Shown piece by piece: positions 51,787 to 64,000 of a stretch of DNA of 64,000 nucleotides. The notes beneath the pieces are model-generated. The model was not told the origin of the DNA. It saw only the letters and a list, made by a program, of their open reading frames with translations, and ran no database searches. Made by a program: the position numbers and the translations under genes. The stretch lies in NCBI GenBank assembly GCA_040357565.1, contig JBDODJ010000008.1, one strand, 5' to 3'. How positions within the stretch are numbered: position 1 is the first letter of the stretch; each line of letters begins with the position of its first letter. Source of the stretch: Cercozoa sp. M6MM. Lineage: Eukaryota > Protista > Endomyxa: Ascetosporea.

Positions 51787-54700
51787 TCAAGAAACGGACG
51801 CAGGCGGAACTGGCAACACGGCGAGCTGCTGCAGTGCCTGAGCAACACAACGTATACTTACCGTGTGAGGGTGAGAGCGCAAGGGTGAGAGCGCAAGGTG
51901 AGAACGCAAGGGTGAGAACGCAAGGGTGAGAACGCAAGGGTGAGAACACAAGGGTGAGAGCGCAAGGTTGAGAGGGAGTAAATAATTGGAGACCTCGTCG
52001 TCGTTCTCGCCGCAGCGGCGGAACAGACAAGCGTTGTCGACGAGATTGTCCAAGGCGGGCTTCATCACTGGCAGAAGGCGCGCCACCGAACGCCACAGTG
52101 GTGTCTGTCACACATGGGTGTCAGATGTACCGCCTCCCACCCGACCCCAAGTGCCCTCTCCCCAAGTACCAAAACAAAGTCCATGAAGTTGGCCTGCAGA
52201 CGGCAGCGTGTCGGCATGTCGTCCAGTCCTTGCATGAAGGGTGCCGTGGGAACACCTGTGCATGTGTACACTTGCATTCCGCCGTCACCTTTGTCCCTTG
52301 AAAAATAGGCAGTACCGAGCTGCTGCTCACGTTGGACCTGCGCGAGGAATTCGCCCGTGATGCGGCCCTCCCAGCGGGTGGCCGTACTCTGCGGGTACAC
52401 TTGTCCACTCAGGTCGCCCACGTGCACCAGCATGCCACAAAGCCACTGTCTGCAAATACCATATGACCAGAGATATACTTAGTGGTGCACACAAAACCCA
52501 AGGCACCTATCCAAAGGCTCCACATCGTTTTCGCTCACATCATCGGCGTATCGCACCTATATGGTGGGAGGGGGGTAAAGGTAAATAAGGGTTATAGGAG
52601 CAGTACCACGCCGTCATCACCAACAGCGACGCCATGACGCTTCCAGTCGAAAGGATCGGCCTGTCGCACCAGGTCGAAGTGGTGCGCCATGTCTGTCGCC
52701 TGAGGACGCCAGCACAGCGGGGGCGGGGTCACAGGGTAAGGAGGGTCAAAGGGGAGAATCAAATGTATGATCGGACCAAGATGGCGCGAGTGACGCGCTT
52801 GCGCAGTGTGCGACGCGCCTGCGGTGATAGACCGGCCTGCGCCACCAGGTCGACGCAGTAGACATGTTGATCTTTGTCCACCCTGCCCATGTAGTCATCA
52901 CTCTCAGCAAGAAACGCGCATGTGCCGCCCAGTCACTCAATGGGAAACATGTGGGAGGAGGTACGACTGGGCGGCCGGCACATGGCCCGTCAACAACTGC
53001 CAGGCCAATCTACACAACACACTGGCATATACCCCTGATCTAGCATATTTTATACCGAGCATGATGGTGCTCCAGCACGGAGGTGTCGTTGTACAACAAC
53101 GCTCTCTAAAGGCAGTTTGACACAAAGATACTCTCCCTGTGCTGATAACTTAAACAACTTGGGTACCTCGCTCTCGGTCATGATTTCGAAACCGTTGCTT
53201 ACGCCTGGATGGTCCACGTCGTGCAGTATCGCGCTCTGCGAAAGCCAATGGTAAGAGAAAGAAGAAAGATAGAGGAAGGTGGGGGGTAAAGGCACCAGTA
53301 GCGTGGCCCAGACGTCCAGCGGCGACAACAACGACGCTGCGCCCGTGTGTCGCAGCATCCACCAGACCATATGCAGCACCGACCAGGCGTGTCTGTCCAA
53401 ACATGTGTGAACAACTTTTTCATCGACACGTAGGTACTAGGTTGGGCAGTACTGGAAGTTATGAAACGGGTTGCTCTCGTGGTAGGTGCGTGCGACACCA
53501 CGGAGCCACTTTGACAGCACCGCCGCCGGTACACGTGGAGGCTCTGTCAAGGGTAAATGGGGGGGGGGGGGTAAGACGGGCGTAAAGGAGACAAAGTGTC
53601 TGTACTCAAGTGTCCCTCATCGTCGATATCGGTTTCGGGCACTACGGGGGGGGGGGGGGGTCGAAGATAAAGTACGCAGGGTGATTTTTACCTTCGGTGG
53701 CCAAAACATGAAGCTGTTCTAGTGTGCCAAACGTCACCTACAAGGAGAAAGTAAGAGACAGAGCAGTAGGCAGTGAAGCGATAAAAGGAACAGATACCGG
53801 TCGCCCTCGAAGGTCGGACACAAAGCCCATGTCAACGAACATTGCCACCGCCAATTGCACCAACTGTTCGTCCGAGTGCTGCCAGACCTGTCACCGAGGG
53901 GGGTAAAGCGGCATAGAAGGGATCAAGGGTAGGCACACGTGTACCTGCATGTCCTGCCATCGATCGAGACTACCGACAACAACGCCGCCAATGTCGCCGT
54001 CATCACTGGCAGCACTACACGGAGAGAGGAAAAACTCAGAGACTGGGCAAGACTAAGAGAGTAAGTAAAAGTGTAAAACATACAGAGGCGGCGACGGTGG
54101 CGACGAGGCCGAGGCCGGAAACACAAAAGCCGCCTGTCGCTTGTGCCGCGACTTGCGCGGTGACGGCGGTTCGTCCTGCAGATCGCAGAACCTTGTATGG
54201 GAACCGTGTATGGGGGTAAAGGCTAATGCACATCGTTGTACGTCTCCAACAATGACGACGTCGCTGCGTCGCCTGTCGTTCTCTACATAGGCAAATAGGG
54301 GTAAAGGTGGTGGCAAGGGCAAAACACACACAAAGGTTACCTCAAGCAGCGCCGTCAACACGAGTCGTCGCATGGCATGCGACATCTCCAGACACATTGA
54401 CTCGCACAAATCCACCTCACTGCGTCGCATCGGTCTACACAGAGCACAAGCAGAAAGCGAGTGCGACCGAGAAAGCGAAACAATGGCGAGGGGAGGTAAG
54501 GTCTGCCTCTACCGAGTGCGTGCCACGGCCAGCACGGCGAAGGGTTCTTTCTCCTCCTCAAACACCGGCACGCACAGGACACTGTGCTCGGCGAAAGTAC
54601 GGGCATGAGCCGGACCTGCCGACTGGCGTGCTATGCTTGTGATAAAGGGTAAATGGCAGGGGGGGGGGGGTAAGTTGTATACCACTCATGATGGTCTGTG

Positions 54701-57700
54701 TGGCCCATTCGTGCAGTTCCTCCTGCGACGCTGCTTCGTCTGACGAGAGGAAGAATAGCGGGGGGGGGGCAGAGAAAAAGACAGACTACCCCGTATGGTA
54801 ACCATGCGATGCAGCAACAGACTACTGCCGCTACTCTGCGACGTCGACTCTTCGCTGTGTTCAGTCAAGAGAGACGATAAAGGCAAGAAAGGGTATGAGA
54901 GACTGGTACGGCGCATGCTGTGTCTCCACCGCCAGCAACTCGTGCTTGTGATCACTCAGGAACAACACCTGTCCAGGGCCAAGGGGTCAATAGGGCAAAG
55001 GATTGAACGGAGTGCGCGAGGGGGGTAAGGCTACAGCGATGTCGGCGTCCAATGCGTGTCGTACCGCCGACGTCACCTTGCCGAATAGTCGGGTGGGTGA
55101 CGGTGCCGTTGCGTCCCTGCGCACGAGCACAACACGGTACCACGTGACACGTGCCAACTCACCCAGTCAGTACATATAGAAAGCTACAGTGCAGCGGCAC
55201 GCGACACGGTCAGCAAGGAGCGCACCTTGCGCTGTTCCTCTATCAGCTTTTGCTGCTGCTCTGCCTGTTGTAGTGTGAGGAGTTGCAGTGTGAGGTAAAC
55301 GCAGTAAATCGATATCAGGAGGGGAGGGTAAACCTGTCTGAACACAGCAGCGGCCGACAGAGCTAGTTGCTCGAGAACCTCACGTGCCTCCTAGAGGGCA
55401 CTGTGGTAAAGGGGAGGGATGAAGGCAAGGGCAGAAACACACCTTATCGAAGGTGCCATTGCAGGCCTGCATGACTGCGACACACTTCATGCCGTCGCTT
55501 TCACTTTCATCGTCCTTCACCAGCACCGGCAAGGCCAACATGTTGCTCGTATGGAAGTCCGTCACCTCGTCCACCTAGACACATATGCACGCTACTTAAG
55601 GGAGCTAATCTCGTCCAAAAGGACCGTGTGTACATCTTTGCAGAAACGCGAGTCGGCATACACGTCTGGCACGTAACTACGGGGGCAAGGAAATAACAAG
55701 AGGGAGAAAGCAGTAACGGAGGAAGCGATACATGGTCTCCTGCGAGGTGGCACATGCACCGGCCAGCGAGGCACCCAGTGGCACCTTGACACCTGATTAC
55801 AGAGGAGGGATAGAAGGGGTATCGGGGGGGGGGGGTCAAAGGAGATAGAGGTAAGGGCGTATTCTACCAATGGCATCTAACGAGATACGAACCGTCAACT
55901 CACCTACAAAAAGAAGACACAGCCTTAATCAGGTCCAAAATCGGGTGGTCCATGGAATACACAAAGTGTACTGCGAGCAACGTCGACGAAGGAGAGCGAG
56001 ATGCGCTTGGCGTCCACCAATTCATAGCCTAGGTGTTATCCAATAGTCTCTGTCCCTACCTTCTACCCAGCCCTGCCAGGGAGGGGGTGTACCAGCACTA
56101 ATGATGCGTTGCACGACGTGCGTGAGGTCCTTCTGGCGACACATGGCGCGCGTCCAGTCCAGCAGTGCCGCCAGTCGACTCTTCTGTCGCAGGGTCTGCA
56201 CCACATGTGCAAGTACAGGTACATATGGGCAGGTACACATGGACAGTACAAATGTACACAAGTACAGGGTACACATGGACAGTACAAAGTACACAAGTAC
56301 AGGTACATACACAAGTACAGATACACATGTACACACTGACACACCTGTGAGCAGAAACGCGCGTTCTGCAATGAGAGTCCGCCGCTGCAGATATCCGAAT
56401 ATACCCTTTCCCTTTAACCCTGATACCCCTCCCTCCGACACCCCACAGTCCCACAGTGACAGTACAGCGATGCGATGAAACAGAGCGATCGCAGGTCTTC
56501 CGCGTCGAATCGAGTCCACTAAACTCAAAAGAATAACAAAGGCAAGGAGGTCAAGGGCACAAGCACACGGTACCATGCCATCCTCGGCCTCGCGATCAAA
56601 GAGTTGCATGACGCCGACCACGGTTCCTGGAACACAAGTGATTTTTACCCCTTCCCCCATAGGCCTTGTTTCTACCATCATGCGCAATACCATCGTGCGC
56701 AAAGACAGGCGTTGCCAAGGTGGCCGCGACGGCGCAGTCCCAGGGCGCCAGCACAGAATCGGCATCCACGTGTCGGCGATCGCTGAGAACCTCATCGTGT
56801 GACCCACTGCGAGTCCGACTGGTACTACTCTCAATATCACTGCGATCAGCAGCGTCACCGTCACTGTCACCATCACTGTCAGCAGTGAGTAGTGAGTGAC
56901 CATTGTTGTCCACGTGGAGGGAGCGACCCGTGCGAGCGCAGCTGGCCGCTACCGACGCACGTTCGGCCACGGCGTGCCGCTGATCGACGGCGATCCCGCT
57001 CATGTCCGAAGTCACTGCCACCAGGTCGTCCCCTGGAACAGGCAGCTAAACCAGTACCGGGGGGAGGGAGTAAAAAGGGGGGGGGGTAACACGAGCAGAA
57101 ACCATCAACGAGCCAAATAACGACGCCGCGACACGGAATCAGCGAATGTGCTATCTTCTGCAGCGACGGCTACAAACAAGACATATGTTTGGTCGGTACA
57201 TGTTGTACGGTACGGCTGGACAGGTCAGTGGATGTGTGTCTGTACCAACACAGCATCCTCGCGGACGTCACTGTTAAGGTCGACCGCCATGTCGAGCAAC
57301 TGACGGTACTGGCGGACCTTTTGGGAAAGGGAGCAGGGTCGGGCCAAAGGAATCACACAGGAAAACAAAGTACAGTTTGAAACAGCGTCGAGCAGCACGA
57401 CTGTAGGTCGTTGGGCGATAGTTCTGCCGCCTGTGTACATAGAGAGCTATATGGGCAACACATACCTTCGAGAGAAGAGCTTACGGCTTCGTTGAAGGCC
57501 TCCGGAGCATTCTGCACAGAGAATACATGGAAGAAAGAAGTGCAACATGAAGTAGGAAGAATACCTCCTGCTGGAGCAGCGAAATGACGTCAATGGCGCC
57601 TTTGCGTTGAAGCTGTTGAAACGGTTCGCCTGCTCGTCCCAAACATGAACCGGGTATACTCGAGTTTGTGGGGACTGTCTACCCAAGAAACGCAGCGACA

Positions 57701-57803
57701 GACGCAGCGGCGATCGTGTTAGTTGCGAGCCGTCCCGGCGGAAGCTGAAACGCTTCGCAAACGACGTACGACGCCGATCGCGACGGCTGCGATCGCCTGG
57801 CAT
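51787..57803 (-). CDS. Class I cyclic-nucleotide phosphodiesterase with three GAF-like domains
   Basis: Catalytic motifs PFHNFQHA, HDVDHPGVSN, LEHHH, ATDMAHH, HVGDLS, LQANF. GAF motifs VPDVYADSRF, FHTSNMLALPV..VAVMQ, SVLCVPV..AVLAV. Start codon approximate. Confidence 0.92.
51866..51973. repeat. 14-bp minisatellite (GGGTGAGARCGCAA)n in last PDE intron
   Basis: About 7 near-identical copies. Confidence 0.9.
56210..56345. repeat. Degenerate GTACA-rich repeat in PDE intron
   Basis: Repeated GTACACATGGACAGTACAAA and CACAAGTACAG units. Confidence 0.8.
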
Positions 57804-58056
57804 TGGTCTTTTTCGTTCAACTTGCTGCAGAATTGCCAATTGACAACCCTAAACAGACGTATAAGCACCGTTGGCAGCCTGATATTATGCACTGCACACG
57901 CCTGCTGACACTAGGAACGCAATTTAGGCAAGACAGTTGTAGGTCGTTTGTGAGCTCAAACAATGCATGGGCTCGCTCAGCCCAAACAATGTCAAGAGTC
58001 GTATTGTACAGTAGCGTTGGTGTGCGTGGGCACGTGTGCGGTAACGTTTTTGGACG

Positions 58057-59271
58057 ATGAGCAAGCTCCGACCTGTTGTTGTGTGTGGCCCGTCAGGTGT
58101 CGGCAAGGGGTACTGTAGCCACCTGCGTGCATGGGTTTGCTGTCGTTCATTCTAATGTGCCAAGCAGTACGCTGATCGCTCGGTTGAAGCGAGACGTGCC
58201 GAACGCTTTCGGCGTTGCTGTAGGTTTAACGAATCTGAATTTAATACAAACAAAGTGATTCGCGCAGGTGAGCCACACCACGCGCGCACCGCGCCCCGGC
58301 GAGGAGAATGGTACTTCCAACTGCTTCAGTAGGACTCTTCAGAGCGCGTCATTTTGTCCTCAAGTGATGTAACTGTTGATGTGTGAGCAGGCGTGCAGTA
58401 CCACTTCGTGCAGCGCGAGGAGTTCGAACGCGGTATTGCGCAGAACAAGTTCATTGAGTACGCCGACGTGCACGGTACCTCTGGTCTGTTGGAAGGTGGA
58501 ACGGGCGTTTTAAAGCAAGTGTGTTGTACTCAACAGGCAATCTCTATGGCACGTCGTACGCCTCCGTGGAGTGTAGGTTCCTCTCTTTGAATACACGGAT
58601 TGACTGAACTAATCGACTGAACTAATCGACATGGAGAAATCTGCGTTTCCGTAGCACAACTTGAACAGGGCCGCACTTGCTTCCTCGAGATTGATGTCCA
58701 GGGTAACCTTCTCTTTCACCTGTCGCACCTTCCTTTAGTTTGAAAATGTGCAGGCGCTGAGCAGCTGAAATCGTCGACTCTTGACCCTGTACCGAAGTGA
58801 CCTGGTAAGGTAGTGGTGTTGAACTAGGCATATGTTAAACACCATAGGTCTTTCTTTTCATCCGGGCGCCGAGCCTCGAAATCCTGGAACACCGCCTGCG
58901 TGGCCGGTACACATTCGAACTGTGTGGGTGGTACAAAACAAACATAAGCGAATCGACATTTTGTAGGAACACGGAATCTGAGGAGAGCATTGGTGTCCGT
59001 ATGGAAACTGGTACCTTTTGTCTGACCAGATTGTAATGCACCCTGGGCTAGTATTTCGAGTGCATGTAGCTCGTGCTGAGATGCAGTTCCTTGAGCAACA
59101 TGACGGCTTCTTTGATTTCGTCATCATCAACGACGACCTGGAGCAGAGCTATACCGCCTTCCGCGATGGTAGACCAAATTTCGCACTCGTCAAAATCGTG
59201 TGTACTACGTCTGTATGCGTCTAGGTTTGTTCCGCCTCATGCCGCAGCTTAAGCAGATGCAAGCTGAATAA
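58057..59271 (+). CDS. GUK1: Guanylate kinase
   Basis: [66 protein letters not shown]; 10 GT-AG introns. Confidence 0.97.
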
Positions 59272-59511
59272 ACTGCTGTGGGCGCCCGGTGACACGACCT
59301 GTCACAACTATTTAGTTTCGTTTAATTTATTCAAAATCCATGCACCGACAAGAAAGTACTGTATACGGTACTACAGCTGCGAGCTACTTCTCCTTCTGTA
59401 CTGTACGACGTTTCGATATATTGTGGACTGTCCAAACTGTCCAAAGCCTCAGCATTTGAGCCTACAATACGAGACTGCACAGTAGGTTCAGACGCGTGTG
59501 CTTACCACCAG

Positions 59512-59966
59512 ATGTCGCAGTCACTAGTTGAGCAGGCAAAGAAGGCGGCGGCATTTGCTGCCGTCGATGAATTTGTGAAGTCGGTATGTGTTTCTCACAC
59601 AGCAGCCGAGACGATCGTGTATGCATTGGGCAGGGCATGAAAGTTGGCGTTGGCAGCGGCAGTACCGTACGTGAACATTTCTTGAATGACATTTGCGTAT
59701 GATGGATGCACTTACCTCCCCATATGTGCAGGTCGTCTACGTGGTCAATCGTCTGTGCGAGAAAATGCGCGCCGGCGAGTTGCCCAACATTGTGTATTTT
59801 TTTTCCTTTTCGTTCGTTTAAGGCAATGGATAAACACGAACTTCTGATCCTCTGGTGTTTCTTGTAGCACTGTGCCGACGTCGTTCCAGTCGGAGCAGTT
59901 GCTGCGTGAGGCGGGTCTGACGGTTTGCGGACTCAACGACCTCGGCGATGGTATGGGAGTGGGATA

Positions 59967-60016
<50 letters not shown>

Positions 60017-61006
60017 TCATGCACACACACACATGTACACATGCACAACGTGTTTTTTTGCGTAGATATGTTGGACGTTGCCATCGACGGAGCAGACGAG
60101 TGCTCAGTGGGTACTCGTTGCTCTGTAAACTCATCCATCCCCAGATTTAACGCTGCCGTTGCGTAGTGAAGCAAGACGACGCCATTGTTGGGATCGACGC
60201 CATTAAGGTAAACAACTCAGTTAAATAGAGGAGAGGTCATGTCATATCAAACAGGGCGGCGGTGGCTGTCAGCTGCAAGAGAAACTTGGTACAATTAGCC
60301 CTATGTTTTTCATCCTTTGCATTATTGATCCCTCTGTCATTTAGTGGCCGCCAACGCCAAGAAGTTTGTCATCGTTGCTGACTACCGCAAGATCTCACCT
60401 GGAGGTAAATAAGGTCACAGACCAGACGATATGAGGAGTGAACTGGTCTTGGACAGGTCTCGGCGTGGCGTGGACCAAGGGCGTTCCCGTTGAGGTTGTT
60501 CCTCAGGCCTATAGATCGGTGCAGCGACGCATCCGGTTGTTGGGTACTTCGACTCTAGACCGCGTTAACCCTTGCATTCTTATCCACCCTTATCCATCCT
60601 TGTCCCTTTGTTGTCTGACCAGGCGGTAGCAGCGAGTTGCGCACAGGCTCGGGAAAGGCTGGGCCTGTCGTGACTGACAACGGTGGGTCGCCACCTTTGC
60701 TTTAACAGCCTTGCTTTGGCACCTTTCTTATTATTTACTCCTGTACACGCAGGAAACATGCTGTTGGACGCAGTGTTTGGCGAGTGCGCGCACCAGCGAA
60801 ACCTCGAACTTGCGCAGGCGCTCTCGTGCACTCCTGGTAGGGTGATGTTGATTCACCAATATACAACCTGGCAAATCGCGAGTCCTTTTGCAGGTATTGT
60901 CGAGCACGGTCTGTTCCTGGACATGGCGTGCTGTGCCTTTTTTGGCATGCAAGACGGCAGCATCTGCACGTGGCGCACTCTGGATCGCAGTACTGCGTCC
61001 CTATAA
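59512..61006 (+). CDS. RPIA: Ribose-5-phosphate isomerase A
   Basis: VGVGSGST, DVAIDGADE, KGGGGCQLQEK, GVPVEV, GPVVTDNGN, PGIVEHGLF; 11 GT-AG introns. Confidence 0.97.
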
Positions 61007-61266
61007 TAGTCCCATCTGTGTTAATGCTGTGCAAAGAAGTACCTCTTGGAGTACAACTTTACTGTATCAACGCGAAGTTCGAAGAAGTATTGCAGTATCA
61101 AATCGATTGATCGTACATTTGGACGTTCTTCGGAAGCAAAATAGAAACTTTCTGTTCATCAGTGTTTTTTCTGGGAAGACCTGAACTTTGCCAGTGCTTC
61201 ACAGAGTGAGCAAACTAGGGCGTTTCAAGTGTGATCAAGTCTTGTGAGACTGCAAGAAACCTGAGA

Positions 61267-62510
61267 ATGGCTGCTAACAAGGTGGGATGTGCTTGCTCTG
61301 GAAAGAATGAAGCCAGTTTATTTTCTTTCGTTTGCAGAAAATGCTTTGGATTCCGCTGGAATCCAACCCGGACGTGATGACGTCCTACTGCCACAAACTC
61401 GGTATTTTTTGACGTTGCTTGAATACTTTCACATATTAACGACTTGTTCTGAAGGCATGAAGAAAGACTTCGCGTTCCACGATGTGTTCGGTAGCATTTG
61501 ACCGAAACCGGCAGGCTCACGTCTGACAATACTCGGGATTTCTCTGCTTAGGAACGGACCCAGAGCTGCTGGCCTTTGTGCCGACGCCGGTGCGCGCTGT
61601 GCTGCTGCTGTTCCCGATCACGGAAGCTGTAATATACTCTGAATTTTGAGTTGGCGTCAGCAGATTCTTGCGTGTATGCAGAGCGAAAAATTCCGCGCGG
61701 AAGAGGCGCAGAACCAGCCGGCCGATCAGGGAGAGCATACCAACGGTGACGATGGTGTCTTCTGGATGAAGCAGACTGTTGGAAACGCGTGCGGAACTAT
61801 GGGTATTATTTCCTTGTGTGTCTGCCCTCTGGCTACTTTCTATAACTCGCTCCCACTTGCAGGTTTGCTTCACGCACTGGCCAACAACCGCGACGCTATC
61901 GACGACAGTGAGGTAGCTACGAGTTGCTCTTCTCCTGTTAAATGATTTCTAGTTTCTAGGGCAACTTCCTGTCGCGTTTCTTCTCGCAAGCCGACACGAT
62001 GGATGAAAGCGAGCGTGCAGCCGCGCTCGAGCAGCAAGAGGTGCCCAAGTTTTTGACCTGCTTCCCATCTCTCCCTGCTACGCGTGTTGGAATAGGAACT
62101 GGAGGAGGCGCACGGAGACGCTGCCGTGCAGGGCCAGTCAGCAGTGCCGGAGGACCTCAACGTGCTGCTGCACTTTACTTGCTTCGTTCACCACAACGGG
62201 TGACCCTTTTTTCTTTTGCCCCCCCTGGTCCCTTTGTTCCTTCGCCATCTAACCCTTGTCTTACAGACGACTGGTTGAGTGCGACGGCCGCAAGAGTGGA
62301 CCTATCGACCACGGCACCACCTCGCCCGTACCTCTCTCCTTTGTCTTGACTGTGCATCGTACGACTGTGCATCGTACATGTATGAATTGCTTGCTTGACC
62401 GACAGGACACGCTGCTGGTGGACTCGGTGGAACTTATCAAGCGCAACTTCATGCAGGTCGACCCGGACAATGTTAACTTCTCCATGGTTGCGCTTGGGCC
62501 GTCCCAGTGA
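61267..62510 (+). CDS. UCHL3: Ubiquitin C-terminal hydrolase (C12 family, UCH-L3-like)
   Basis: WIPLESNP, QTVGNACGTMGLLHALAN (catalytic C), LHFTCFV (catalytic H), ECDGRK, FSMVAL. Confidence 0.93.
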
Positions 62511-62995
62511 GGTTGTCGAGTATTTGCTGCGGTGATGGCGCGGCAGTTCGGTTTCGAGCCATCACCGCTGTTGCAGTCGCCGAAAGCTTTTCGTTTTACA
62601 CCACTTGGTAGTGCACGTTAACTCCTCTCGTCTGTCCTCCGGCGACTGGTGGATGCAATTAATTGATCGGATAGTTGCAAAATTGCCAAACTTCGTGATT
62701 CCAACTAACGAGTATCATGAGTCGAGAACTCGATAGGTGACGGCTGGTGCATCCGTCGCAGCACAGCAAGTACTTTCCATGGAGCTTGTAGGAAGCATTA
62801 AAATTATGCCACTGATCGGAACAATACGGCTGACTGAGCACAAATCTGCAGCAATCAGGAGGGTGCCCACAGTCGATTGATTAATCTCTAGTGTAGAACC
62901 AGTGCGTGCTGTACAACAACCTTTGCGCGTGCGTGGTCTAGCAAACTAGAAGCGAGTTGGGCGAGAAAGCGTTTTCCGAGAAACGTGTCCCTCCA

Positions 62996-63153
62996 ATGCG
63001 TCTGTTGGGCTTGCTTTCGGCGCTGTTGTTAGCGCGAGTATCTGCGCAAGGCGCGCGGGACGACAATTCGTGCCAGGTTATTGGCGAAACATCGCTTCCT
63101 GACTTCTCATCTTATGAGTACCATTTGCTTTTGCGGAATGACTCTGTTTGCAG

Positions 63154-63197
<44 letters not shown>

Positions 63198-63305
63198 NNN
63201 NNNNNNNNNNNNNNNNNNNNNNNNNNNNNNNNNNNNNNNNNNNNNNNNNNNNNNNNNNNNNNNNNNNNNNNNNNNNNNNNNNNNNNNNNNNNNNNNNGTG
63301 TGTGT

Positions 63306-63390
<85 letters not shown>

Positions 63391-64000
63391 TTTACGCAGC
63401 TGGCAGGAGGATTTCTTCACGCCGCGTGATACCACGTCTGTGTCGCCTGGACAAACGTATGTTCTAGTGTCTGTTAAAATAATTATCAAACTCACAATGA
63501 TGTACCGGATTCGTGCAGCAAAACTGACGATTATTTTTTCGATCTGGAGGGAGCCTGCACGGTCGACGGATCGCGCGATCCCTCCTCGTGTGTTTCCTTC
63601 TTTTCTGTCGTCACTAAGTGTCGATTCGTATGTGGATGTGTTGCACAGTCAAATGGCGCTGGTGCTGTACCCATCAAATATTTTGTCGTCGGGCACAGTG
63701 ACCATCGACGGCACTTCTGGTACCCCCCGTCCCTTGATGTGATATACCCTTTGCTTTCCCCTTCGATATGGTCGTGGGTGTGCCTTGTAGTGTCTTTTTC
63801 GGGTGGCCAATGCATTCACTTCCGTGACTACACAACAAAACGTGATCCGCGGCCGATGTACACTACCCTCCCTTGTTGCTCCCTTTCTTTCGTTGACCCT
63901 TGATGTCTCTTTGCGCAGTCGTATCAGCTGCTCGCGCGCGTCTACCGGTAATTGTTTGAGTTTACCTTGTCTCTAGAGGTCTCTCTTGATATGCACGAGC
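62996..64000 (+). CDS. Secreted or membrane protein with signal peptide (partial, runs off window)
   Basis: MRLLGLLSALLLARVSA|Q signal peptide, followed by GT-AG exons encoding Cys/Ser/Thr-rich sequence. Confidence 0.6.
63154..63390. repeat. (GT)n microsatellite with 100-N gap, intronic
   Basis: Direct observation. Confidence 0.95.

Noticed and set aside
62508-62650. SECIS element recoding the UCH UGA
   Set aside because: No AUGA/GA quartet with apical AA, and the UGA sits at the normal family C-terminus.

Overview
Gene-dense, very intron-rich nuclear DNA of a eukaryote, probably a unicellular protist; the taxon cannot be determined from this window. I spliced about 21 protein genes by hand through short (mostly ~50-80 nt) GT-AG introns. 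The genetic code appears standard (TAA, TAG and TGA all used as stops). CDS coordinates run from start codon to stop codon and include introns. Recognisable genes, in order: COG3-like (partial), ankyrin-repeat protein, LSMT-type SET protein, fused YeeE/YedE transporter, a hypothetical protein, membrin SNARE, COQ11-like SDR, TSR1, a WD/BTB-BACK-like protein, SNU114/EFTUD2, an EF-hand/coiled-coil/CaaX protein, a mitochondrial-type HMG protein, a TM + Raw-like nucleoside-deoxyribosyltransferase protein, an RGS-AIFM2/FSP1 fusion, a BET bromodomain protein, GYF-TAT-SF1, a GAF-PDE, guanylate kinase, RPIA, UCH-L3 and a secreted protein (partial). A 5'-truncated non-LTR retrotransposon with a 16-bp TSD sits at ~38.2-38.8 kb. 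Best candidates for something new: (1) a predicted lipid-anchored RGS domain spliced in frame to an FSP1-like flavin oxidoreductase; (2) a lamin-like EF-hand/coiled-coil/NLS/CLIM protein; (3) a membrane-anchored Raw/NDT-domain protein; (4) two strand-specific cis-motifs, intronic TTACCC and 3'-flank TACGGTA. All domain calls come from motif recognition by eye; no database searches were run.
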